Part shown: piece after piece, positions 17,143 to 24,464 of the stretch
Layout: the number at the start of each line of letters is the position of its first letter
How positions within the stretch are numbered: the first letter of the stretch is position 1
IMG/VR virus record: IMGVR_UViG_3300005512_000228
Location: 1-29,832 of that record
DNA: 29,832 bases
Source: a virus
Taxonomy: Duplodnaviria > Caudoviricetes
Direction: 5' to 3' (one strand)
Notes under the pieces: model-generated
The model's database searches: none
What the model was told of the DNA's origin: nothing
The model's input: the letters and a program-made list of their open reading frames with translations, nothing else
Program-made: the position numbers and the translations under genes

Positions 17143-17691
17143 CTATCGCCACCTTGGTCCTTCAAACCATGCTACAAGACTTATTCTTTTTCCTTTTGTA
17201 ACAGGTCTTACCCGATGTTGTAAGTATGAAGGAAAAACCAACACACTCCCTTTTTCTTTAGATTCAGCTCCAGGAGAGACTACTTCACTAAATTCAAAGT
17301 CCCCACCTTCATATTCATCGGGAGAACTTAATTGCAGAGTTATGGATAATTTTCTATCATAACCAATATCATTATTCCAATCAACATCATGATGCCAATC
17401 GTAATGGCCACCTTCGGTGGCTAAATATTCGGTATACTGGATATCCGCAAAATTATCTACATCTAGATTAAAGGCGTTACGATTGGCCATTTTGACATAT
17501 TCAAACAGCCAATCGCGTATTTTATGCTCATCTGTAAGCCAACGAATGCTACTTGTGCGGACTTTATCATCTACCTCAGAAGAGGAAAATATCCCAGCCT
17601 CTTGAACAGGCTTGGTATTAGCAATATTGGTGACCCAATCTATTTGAGCTTGACTTGCTCCACCAGACCATAACTGCCATAAATCACGCAT
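17143..17691 (-). CDS. 2OG-Fe(II) oxygenase, prolyl 4-hydroxylase/PKHD-like
   Basis: 182 aa; HxD (YDWHHD), RKLSITLQL, YEGGDF, distal His and 2OG-binding Arg in HRVRPVTKGKRISLVAW. Confidence 0.9.
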   Translation of the reverse strand: MRDLWQLWSGGASQAQIDWVTNIANTKPVQEAGIFSSSEVDDKVRTSSIRWLTDEHKIRDWLFEYVKMANRNAFNLDVDNFADIQYTEYLATEGGHYDWHHDVDWNNDIGYDRKLSITLQLSSPDEYEGGDFEFSEVVSPGAESKEKGSVLVFPSYLQHRVRPVTKGKRISLVAWFEGPRWR

Positions 17692-19119
17692 CTAAACAAT
17701 CGTCCAAGTCTCACCTGTTCCAACAGTAACAGTAACGCCGCTATTGATAGTAATCGGTCCAGCCGACATAGCGTTATAAGTATTTGTAATCGTGTAACTA
17801 GCACCTACCGCTGTCTGGTTTTCCCAAAAAGGTTGGTTACTACTGTTTGTGATCACACCGTTGAATGTTCCACTAAATGTCCCTGGAGGTCCGGTCGGTC
17901 CAGTTGGTCCGGTCGGTCCAGTCGGTCCAGTCGGTCCGGGAGGTCCTGGAGGTCCCGCTGGTCCAGTTGGTCCAGTAGAACCCGTCGGTCCTGGAGGTCC
18001 GGTCGGTCCAGTTGGTCCGGTCGGTCCAGTTGCCCCTGTCGGTCCTGGAGGTCCAATCGGTCCAGTAGAACCAGTTGGTCCGGTCGGTCCAGTCGGTCCG
18101 GTCGGTCCTACCAAAGCGACATTAGCTACTGTTCCTTTACGGATAGCACCCGCAGTAACATCATAAACAGGTATTAAGTCTGTACTTTGAAAACTGGTTT
18201 CCGTGGTTAAGCCGTTAATGTCCATATTAACAGTGACGGTTCCAGAAGTCCCACCGCCTGAAATACCTGTGCCAGCAGTAACACCTGTAATATCGCCAAC
18301 ATTAGAAGTCCACCCAGCATCGTTATTCATGCCAGAAAGATTAATATTGGCTTTAGTCAACTTGCGTTGGACATTACTCGCATCTACAACTACAAAAAAG
18401 TCACCATCGCCATCTGTGGTAGAAGTAGTCAACTCTGACAAATCTACATTTATAGTAACTGTCGCCGTTTCTGAACCACCACCCGATACATCAATAGCAC
18501 TACCCGCTGTGATATCAGCGACATAATTGCCTGTTGTATCCGTGCCTAACGCAACAGAGTTTGCTTGAATAGTAGTGGTAAGCGTTATATTGCTCGTACC
18601 ATCAAAACTAACACCTGTAGCGGCTACATCGCCACTTAAAGCAATAGTACGACCTGTGGCTAACGCTGTAGCCGTAGCCGCATTGCCCGTAATATCAGAA
18701 GAGATGGTAGCAGGAAGCCGTGCATCAGCTACTGTTCCACTAGCAAGATTACTGGCATTTAAGTTGGTTAGCGCACTACCATTAGCGGCAATGATGTTAT
18801 CACTACCGTCAAGGTAAATGGCTTTATCAGCGGGATAGGTGATAAATATTTCTTTGGCTGAAGACGAGAAACTAACTTTTGCTCCTGCGTTTGTGCTGGC
18901 TAACACCGTAGTTCTTTGCAAAGTATTTGTGCCAGATACATAAGTACCAAGCCCTACTTCATAATCAGAACCATCAACACAAACATAGTAAGTCGTATCA
19001 CTATTAGACAAAGCAGAACTAAAGGCAGAAAAACCCGTAGTCGCCCCATCTAATACAAAATCCGTCGTACCAGAGGTCGCAGTTGTTTCTTTTATTCTAT
19101 CCGCAATGACAAGAGCCAT
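17692..19119 (-). CDS. collagen-like fibre protein
   Basis: 475 aa; N-terminal [19 protein letters not shown] domain, Thr/Gly-rich shaft, 25 uninterrupted Gly-X-Y triplets, C-terminal [13 protein letters not shown] domain. Confidence 0.85.
   Translation of the reverse strand: MALVIADRIKETTATSGTTDFVLDGATTGFSAFSSALSNSDTTYYVCVDGSDYEVGLGTYVSGTNTLQRTTVLASTNAGAKVSFSSSAKEIFITYPADKAIYLDGSDNIIAANGSALTNLNASNLASGTVADARLPATISSDITGNAATATALATGRTIALSGDVAATGVSFDGTSNITLTTTIQANSVALGTDTTGNYVADITAGSAIDVSGGGSETATVTINVDLSELTTSTTDGDGDFFVVVDASNVQRKLTKANINLSGMNNDAGWTSNVGDITGVTAGTGISGGGTSGTVTVNMDINGLTTETSFQSTDLIPVYDVTAGAIRKGTVANVALVGPTGPTGPTGPTGSTGPIGPPGPTGATGPTGPTGPTGPPGPTGSTGPTGPAGPPGPPGPTGPTGPTGPTGPTGPPGTFSGTFNGVITNSSNQPFWENQTAVGASYTITNTYNAMSAGPITINSGVTVTVGTGETWTIV
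17884..18108 (-). repeat. collagen Gly-X-Y repeat (9-bp period)
   Basis: 25 triplets: 15 GPT, 5 GPP, 2 GST, 1 each GPI, GAT, GPA. Confidence 0.95.
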
Positions 19120-19132
19120 TTTAGCCCCCTAC

Positions 19133-19576
19133 TTAGGCAATGCGGATGATAGCGTTACTTGCATCCGCAGTTGGGAACTGAATAGTAAAGTCACCCGCTG
19201 TCGAGGTTTTATCACCACCAAAAGCAAGAACAACTACTGAGTCCGTTGTGCCAGAACCACCACCTGTTGTGGTGTTATAAATAAGAGCACCGTTGGCTGT
19301 AATTGTTGCTGTGCTAAAAGTGAGATCATCAAAGTCTGTAAATGCAGTCGTACCACTTGTGGTAGGGGTGACATTAGTCAACGCCCCACCGCCAGCACTA
19401 TACCCTGTGCCAGCTACCTCATTAGTCACGCTATAATCAGTCGTGGTGGCTCCTAGAGTTGCACTGCTAGTATACAGAGCAAGTTTAAAGCTATGGCCTG
19501 TAGAGGTCGTAAAATCGTGTTTAGCTTGGAGTAGTTCCTGTTTAAAGGAAGTACACATTGCTTGGGTGATAGCCAT
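19133..19576 (-). CDS. virion structural protein (putative)
   Basis: ATG at 19576 (TGATG overlap, AGGAG RBS); MAITQAMCTSFKQELL..FKLALY..GALIYN..FTIQFP, beta-rich. Confidence 0.7.
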   Translation of the reverse strand: MAITQAMCTSFKQELLQAKHDFTTSTGHSFKLALYTSSATLGATTTDYSVTNEVAGTGYSAGGGALTNVTPTTSGTTAFTDFDDLTFSTATITANGALIYNTTTGGGSGTTDSVVVLAFGGDKTSTAGDFTIQFPTADASNAIIRIA

Positions 19577-19869
19577 CAAAATCTCCTTATCGCTTCAGCC
19601 AGTTCAGGATGCCCTGCATCCAATAATTTATTATATACAGTAGTTCTATCACTTCGAATAGCCTCCCGCATATAAAACGCCACAACTTTTTCCATATGCT
19701 TTTGGAACGCTCTGGCTTGGTCTCGTATAGCTGGGGGTGCGGAATCTGAGACCGAAATCAATTTATTTACGCACCGCTCTGCGACTTCATCAGGGGTAAA
19801 CCCCCGATTCTGGGTCGTTTGCACCGTTACAATCGGTGTTTCAGGAAGTTTCAAATCAGCTTTAAACAT
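19576..19869 (-). CDS. hypothetical protein
   Basis: 97 aa; translationally coupled on both sides. Confidence 0.65.
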   Translation of the reverse strand: MFKADLKLPETPIVTVQTTQNRGFTPDEVAERCVNKLISVSDSAPPAIRDQARAFQKHMEKVVAFYMREAIRSDRTTVYNKLLDAGHPELAEAIRRF

Positions 19870-20516
19870 TATGCTTTTTGCCTCATTAACATCCCTTGAC
19901 GATAAGCATCAGTAACTTCAAGTGCTTCCCCGAAGTTTTTCAGCCTACCAATAGCCTCAGCAAACATTTTTTCATATTGCTGGAGCACATCAGCTTCGCC
20001 CTTCATAAAAGTATACGCCTCTAGGAGACTTCCGTAAAGAAGAGCTCTATCTGCATTAGTGCTGAGCCATGTTGTTCCACCTGCCGCACCCGCAGTGAGG
20101 CTGTTTGGTCGGTACATATAATGCAACTCAGCGGTATAGTTATCATCAGGAGTAGGCGCGATAACCAAATTACTTACATCAAAATAAGCATAATATTTCG
20201 GCACACCTGTTGTAGCAGGATTAGGGTTTACTTCCTGAATAAAGTTCACATCTTTATATAACAAAAAGACATGGTTGCTAGAACTAATAATGGATAGAGA
20301 CAAAGGCGTTAAAAAATCTGTAGGGACAGCAAGGTACTTATTACCTGATGTCATAGAACCTGTAGCGTTTTTACGGAAAAACTCAAGTTGTACAGATTTA
20401 AGGATACGCTCTTCTGCCCCTTGGATAAAATCATCAAGGTGGTTAACAAAAGTCGTTTCCTGATTTTCCGTATAATCTTGGATAGCTGTTTTAAGCTCTG
20501 CGTATGTAAAACTCAT
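19869..20516 (-). CDS. head-tail adaptor / tail tubular A-like protein
   Basis: 215 aa; TYAELKTAIQDY, GVPKYYA, APTPD..Y..ELHY, LLYGSLLEA as in phage adaptor proteins. Confidence 0.7.
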   Translation of the reverse strand: MSFTYAELKTAIQDYTENQETTFVNHLDDFIQGAEERILKSVQLEFFRKNATGSMTSGNKYLAVPTDFLTPLSLSIISSSNHVFLLYKDVNFIQEVNPNPATTGVPKYYAYFDVSNLVIAPTPDDNYTAELHYMYRPNSLTAGAAGGTTWLSTNADRALLYGSLLEAYTFMKGEADVLQQYEKMFAEAIGRLKNFGEALEVTDAYRQGMLMRQKA

Positions 20517-20809
20517 GATACTGACACCGTAACTATGCCCACAGAAGTTACCATCTGTAAGGGGGCTGTTTCATTAAACACCGATTCTCCCACTTGCACA
20601 ACCAGAGGTTCTTTACGGTCTACCCGAGGTTTATATATTGCTTGTGGGTCTGTTGGTGTAAAGATTGGGTCTAACTGTGGATGCTTTGTTTCAAAACACT
20701 CAGGGCATACTTTATGGCCGTTCCATTCCTCACGCATTTCAAGGTATGGGTATTGAAACCCACACCTGTCACAAATAGCCTGAGAATATTTACCGACCGC
20801 ATATGCCAT
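20513..20809 (-). CDS. small zinc-finger protein of the neck module
   Basis: 98 aa; CDRCG...CPEC..KHPQL; coupled both sides. Confidence 0.7.
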   Translation of the reverse strand: MAYAVGKYSQAICDRCGFQYPYLEMREEWNGHKVCPECFETKHPQLDPIFTPTDPQAIYKPRVDRKEPLVVQVGESVFNETAPLQMVTSVGIVTVSVS

Positions 20810-21489
20810 TACAAGAACCCATAATAATCTCTGCGTGGGGTAAGTGTCAGGTTTGCCCGATCTACATCTTCATATGCCGCCCGTTGGAACTCTTCTTCGT
20901 ACACCGCCTTTAACAACTGCATACGCTCAGGGGCTTTTTTCATGGAAATGTAATATGCCAGACCTGCGGCCAAACACGGATAAAACCTAAAGGGTACTTC
21001 TACCGTATTTGTGTAATCATCTGCATCCTGGATACGAGTCAACCTATCGTACACAAAAGTGTACGATTGATCAGGTGTAGGCCATATGTTCAAAACAGGC
21101 GTGATAGAACGATCTATATACCATTGCGTTGGTTTTGCTTGGGAAAGTTTGCTAGGGATATTTAAAAACTCATCACGGCTTACTCTTTCAATGGTGACAT
21201 CGGATTGTGTAGATACCCCCGCATTAGTACGAATAACAGCACTCAATACATCAATTGTATCTGCATCAAGATTATAACTGTTTGTTCCTGCGACCAAAGA
21301 AACAGTGCTTTGCTCAATTGTCCAACGATTCAAACCACGGTTAGCCCAATCAGCAAACAAAAGGTTAAGCGACCTCTTCGCTGTAGTAAGGTCATATCCT
21401 GTGCGGACTGACATACCACAACGCTCAAATGCTTCTTCAATGTAATCACTTACATCTAATTCAAAATCGGTAGAACCAGAAGTCGCCAT
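20809..21489 (-). CDS. head-tail connector/adaptor protein
   Basis: 226 aa; IEEAFERCG, RSLNLLFADWANRGLN, IWPTPD, CLAAGLAYY, YEEEFQRA; AGGAG RBS. Confidence 0.7.
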   Translation of the reverse strand: MATSGSTDFELDVSDYIEEAFERCGMSVRTGYDLTTAKRSLNLLFADWANRGLNRWTIEQSTVSLVAGTNSYNLDADTIDVLSAVIRTNAGVSTQSDVTIERVSRDEFLNIPSKLSQAKPTQWYIDRSITPVLNIWPTPDQSYTFVYDRLTRIQDADDYTNTVEVPFRFYPCLAAGLAYYISMKKAPERMQLLKAVYEEEFQRAAYEDVDRANLTLTPRRDYYGFL

Positions 21490-21499
21490 AACCTACTCC

Positions 21500-21664
21500 T
21501 TATGAGCACGGACCTTTTACTATTTTGCCGCCGCCCTTCATTTTCTTCCTTGCTGAGCCACCATACGCCATTTTCTTCCGTGGTGACATCATCATTTCAC
21601 CACCGCCCATCATTTTCTTGCGGCCATAACCACCGCCCATCATTTTCTTGCGACCGTTTTTCAT
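21500..21664 (-). CDS. 54-aa Lys/Met/Gly-rich repeat peptide (not in ORF track)
   Basis: Hand translation MKNGRKKMMGGGYGRKKMMGGGEMMMSPRKKMAYGGSARKKMKGGGKIVKGPCS*; ATGA overlap with the upstream stop, AAGGAG RBS; fills the gap. Confidence 0.8.
   Translation of the reverse strand: MKNGRKKMMGGGYGRKKMMGGGEMMMSPRKKMAYGGSARKKMKGGGKIVKGPCS
21599..21652. repeat. 24-bp direct repeat, 30-bp period
   Basis: accaccgcccatcattttcttgcg at 21599-21622 and 21629-21652 (encodes RKKMMGGG). Confidence 0.9.
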
Positions 21665-21933
21665 GACTTTTTCTCCTTTTTAGCCTTTGGTTTTTTACCT
21701 TTACCAAAGATATGAGCATCTACTTTTGCGGCTTTACCGCCTGTCAACACACTGTTGACTCTAGCCATAGCCCACTGGCTTGGTGTAGCTCCGGGACGAT
21801 GTCCAGTTCTATATGCCGCCAGCCCTTTATTGTACACACGCTGGAGCTGGCCAGCCGTTACCTTCTTACCTTTTTTGCGAGCCGCCTCTGCTTTCTTAGC
21901 CAGAGACTTTTTTACGCTTGCGCTTAGTGCCAT
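21661..21933 (-). CDS. small basic protein (DUF5824-like C-terminal half, recalled)
   Basis: 90 aa, Lys-rich; VYNKGLAAYRTGHRPGATPSQWAMARVNS; GAGGA RBS. Confidence 0.75.
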   Translation of the reverse strand: MALSASVKKSLAKKAEAARKKGKKVTAGQLQRVYNKGLAAYRTGHRPGATPSQWAMARVNSVLTGGKAAKVDAHIFGKGKKPKAKKEKKS

Positions 21934-22042
21934 TTTTCTTCCTCTTAGCGGCAGTAATTATATCCGCACGGGTAATCTTTTTGCGGGGTGGGGCAATAGC
22001 GGCAAGCCGCTTTTGTTTTGGAGTGTACTTGCTGTAAGGCAT
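21896..22042 (-). CDS. 48-aa highly basic peptide (not in ORF track)
   Basis: Hand translation MPYSKYTPKQKRLAAIAPPRKKITRADIITAAKRKKNGTKRKRKKVSG*; TAATG coupling to the upstream gene, GAGGA RBS. Confidence 0.75.
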   Translation of the reverse strand: MPYSKYTPKQKRLAAIAPPRKKITRADIITAAKRKKNGTKRKRKKVSG

Positions 22043-22329
22043 TAGGCTTTCCTCGTCTTAGTACCAAACTTTTTCCGGAACGCTTTTGTATACTTAGATT
22101 CTTTTGTCTTCCTTCTAGCTCCAGAGCTCGTATAATCGCTAGGGAAAACATATGCAGAAGGATCCTTTGAAGACTTTTTAGCGTTCCGCTGTATCTCTTT
22201 TCTACGCTTGGCCTTATCAGCAGAACTAAGACCAGCTAAATATTTGGCAGGGATTTTACGCTTCTTTTTCTTTTTAGAAGCGGGAGCTTTTTCTACTTGC
22301 TTTCGCATTTGTCCCCGTGTCATTGCCAT
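22042..22329 (-). CDS. small basic protein
   Basis: 95 aa, very Lys/Arg-rich; TAATG coupling on both sides. Confidence 0.75.
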   Translation of the reverse strand: MAMTRGQMRKQVEKAPASKKKKKRKIPAKYLAGLSSADKAKRRKEIQRNAKKSSKDPSAYVFPSDYTSSGARRKTKESKYTKAFRKKFGTKTRKA

Positions 22330-22544
22330 TATTTCATCAACTTAATAAGTTCCAAAAGGCTACCACTGTTTGTCAAACCAATAACCACCACAGCCCCAAT
22401 CAACATCCACTTAGCTTGAAACACAGCCTTTTTTACTTCTTTCATATCCTCATGAAGTTCATCCACATGACGAACTAAATGATCTTGTTTTGTCTTCCAC
22501 TCGGTAAACTCAATTTCCAAGTCATGTACACCACGGTCTGCCAT
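22329..22544 (-). CDS. small coiled-coil plus single-TM protein (holin-like architecture)
   Basis: Likely ATG at 22544 (track start 22571); heptad-like VDELHEDMKEVKK then WMLIGAVVVIGL. Confidence 0.6.
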   Translation of the reverse strand: MADRGVHDLEIEFTEWKTKQDHLVRHVDELHEDMKEVKKAVFQAKWMLIGAVVVIGLTNSGSLLELIKLMK

Positions 22545-22549
22545 AAATT

Positions 22550-22834
22550 TTACCACGCCTTGCATGACCAATACCTTGCCGAGAATTTATCGGAAGCACT
22601 GGCACAATTATGGCGAGCTCTAAAAGACTTGCGTCTAGCAGGGATGCTCTTTTTAATTTTCATATTAGGGTCACCAAACCGTACCAACTTTACTTGGTCA
22701 CCCTTTTTAGCCAACACCGCAGACTTGCGTTTTGCTCCAGGAGTACGCTTGGGTTTATTGTACCCACTAAAAGTTTCTCCTCTGTAGCTTAATTTACCGC
22801 TAGGGGTGCGTTTGACATTTTTAGTCGTAGCCAT
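22550..22834 (-). CDS. small basic protein
   Basis: 94 aa; LVRFGDPNM, RRKSFRARHNC, SARYWSCKAW; TAATG coupling. Confidence 0.75.
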   Translation of the reverse strand: MATTKNVKRTPSGKLSYRGETFSGYNKPKRTPGAKRKSAVLAKKGDQVKLVRFGDPNMKIKKSIPARRKSFRARHNCASASDKFSARYWSCKAW

Positions 22835-23583
22835 TAAAACGAACTCCCATTCCTAATAAGAATCATATCAAAAGCCGCTGTGACTCGCGCATTGTTTGAC
22901 CTTACACTAGCCCTTACATCAATATCTGATTTTTCAGGCACGGCAAACGGGATACCAAAAGCATAAAAATATTCAGCAGAAGCCACCTCAAAAGTGTGTG
23001 CGATACGGAAGGCTGTTTCACCACTATATCGTACAAAAAAGTCGCCTGTTGCATCTGCACCCGATTTAACGCTCATTACACCTTGGGTCAAGTATGCTGT
23101 GTATCCAGCAGGAACAGTATATATAGCCATAAGAGTTTGACCTTTACCCGCAGTTATGCGAGCAACGGTGGTAGCACTTACTTTTATATCGATATTGCCC
23201 ACATTTGTTGCTGAACCATTGTACATATACGCACGATACACCCTTAAAAAGGATTGCGTGGTAGCATTTCCGGTTGCAGAGGTAAGCGTCACATTTTCTG
23301 TTATTTCATTATAGTCCGCATCTAGGCCAACTATTGTGATAGTTTTATCTGCGTCAGAAGCACTTGCTCTGTCTACAGTAAGCGTACTAGCTGAAGAAAA
23401 AGACGACCACGGGTATAGTGTATCATCAATATCCCAAATGGATCCTGTTGTGCTTACAGACATAGAAGGCACAGCACCGAACTTATGCACAGCAGAGTGA
23501 TAAGCAACTTGCCCACGGGCAACTTGAAGCTCGAACGGCTCAGAGGTTCCAACTCTTGTAATAGAGCTAACTTCACGAGCCAT
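22834..23583 (-). CDS. putative virion structural protein
   Basis: 249 aa, beta-rich (HKFG, FLRVYR, YTVPAG, EKSDIDVR); AAGGAG RBS; head module context. Confidence 0.65.
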   Translation of the reverse strand: MAREVSSITRVGTSEPFELQVARGQVAYHSAVHKFGAVPSMSVSTTGSIWDIDDTLYPWSSFSSASTLTVDRASASDADKTITIVGLDADYNEITENVTLTSATGNATTQSFLRVYRAYMYNGSATNVGNIDIKVSATTVARITAGKGQTLMAIYTVPAGYTAYLTQGVMSVKSGADATGDFFVRYSGETAFRIAHTFEVASAEYFYAFGIPFAVPEKSDIDVRASVRSNNARVTAAFDMILIRNGSSF

Positions 23584-23594
23584 TCGAGTCTCCT

Positions 23595-23867
23595 TTAGTT
23601 ATAAAACACCGTCATAGCAGTGATATTAGTGAAAGCAGACACATAAATATCTGTTACACGAATACCCTCTGCAGGGATGTTTACTGAGTGTGAATCAGAT
23701 GCAAGGAAATCTAAATCCAAAACGGTAGCCCCGCCATCACCATCTGTAATGGTAAGGCGGGGTGTACCTGTCGTGGTTAGAACCTGTATCTGACGGATAC
23801 GCGCAGGACCAACACCAGCAGAGCCAGTGCCAGTTAACCGCTTTGATTGTACATCAGATCCAGCCAT
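23595..23867 (-). CDS. small putative head-associated protein
   Basis: 90 aa, beta-rich; GAGGGG RBS. Confidence 0.65.
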   Translation of the reverse strand: MAGSDVQSKRLTGTGSAGVGPARIRQIQVLTTTGTPRLTITDGDGGATVLDLDFLASDSHSVNIPAEGIRVTDIYVSAFTNITAMTVFYN

Positions 23868-23881
23868 GGATTACGCCCCTC

Positions 23882-24352
23882 TTAGCTATCAGCAAAAGGA
23901 GTAGCAATCGTGCCTGACCCAATCAACTGTCCTTGAACCATATACTCGGCAGTAGCCAGAGCAGTAATTTCAACATAGCTGTTAGCAATACCACCAGTGG
24001 TAGTACCATTCATTGAAATCACATCATTAGTTGCTCCAGGAACAAACCGCTTATGTGTACTATTGGTGATGCCAACAGAAATAGAACCAACAAACTTATC
24101 AGTACCATCTGTCTTAATATCAAGATCAGAAGCTGTTGTGCCAATGAAGAAACGGTAAACTGCACCGATTTCAGCCGTAGCAATCGAAGGCAGGGTAACA
24201 GCACCGTCTGCATCATTGATTTCAATAATGCGGCCAGCGTGTGCGTTAAAGGTGAGACTGGTCTCAGCTGTAATGTTTACAACAGAATCAGAACCAGCAG
24301 TAATGAAGCCGTTGTTAGAAACAACTGGACCTGAAAAGGTCGATTTAGCCAT
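23882..24352 (-). CDS. putative capsid decoration/head fibre protein
   Basis: 156 aa; N-terminal STFSGPVVS, C-terminal ATPFADS; first gene after the capsid terminator; AAGGAG RBS. Confidence 0.65.
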   Translation of the reverse strand: MAKSTFSGPVVSNNGFITAGSDSVVNITAETSLTFNAHAGRIIEINDADGAVTLPSIATAEIGAVYRFFIGTTASDLDIKTDGTDKFVGSISVGITNSTHKRFVPGATNDVISMNGTTTGGIANSYVEITALATAEYMVQGQLIGSGTIATPFADS

Positions 24353-24410
24353 GTGTATCTCCTTGTCGTGGCTAGTGTCTGCTTACGCAGTCAAGGTTGA
24401 TATCTCAACT
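24353..24410 (-). ncRNA. structured RNA element downstream of the capsid gene (candidate Mu-gpT-DE-like motif)
   Basis: - strand GTTGA-gata-TCAAC hairpin, then CCTTG...CAAGG stem enclosing a CTGC-GTAA-GCAG GNRA hairpin; the motif name is recalled from its described location, not verified. Confidence 0.5.
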
Positions 24411-24417
24411 ATATAAC

Positions 24418-24445
24418 AAAAAAGGGCGGCTGAAAAGCCGCCCTT
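24418..24445 (-). terminator. rho-independent terminator after the major capsid gene
   Basis: - strand GGGCGGCT-tttc-AGCCGCCC followed by TTTTTT, about 20 nt past the capsid stop. Confidence 0.9.
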
Positions 24446-24464
24446 CCATTTTGATGAATTTTGT

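Noticed and set aside
17849-18166. + strand ORF that also reads as collagen (GPVGPV...)
   Set aside because: The reverse complement of GGA-CCG-ACC repeats automatically gives GGT-CCG-GTC. It has no convincing RBS and is antisense to a coherent operon.
21945-22151. 68-aa - strand ORF in the supplied track
   Set aside because: It overlaps 22042..22329 out of frame. The alternative 21896..22042 ORF has TAATG coupling, an RBS and the same basic composition as its neighbours.
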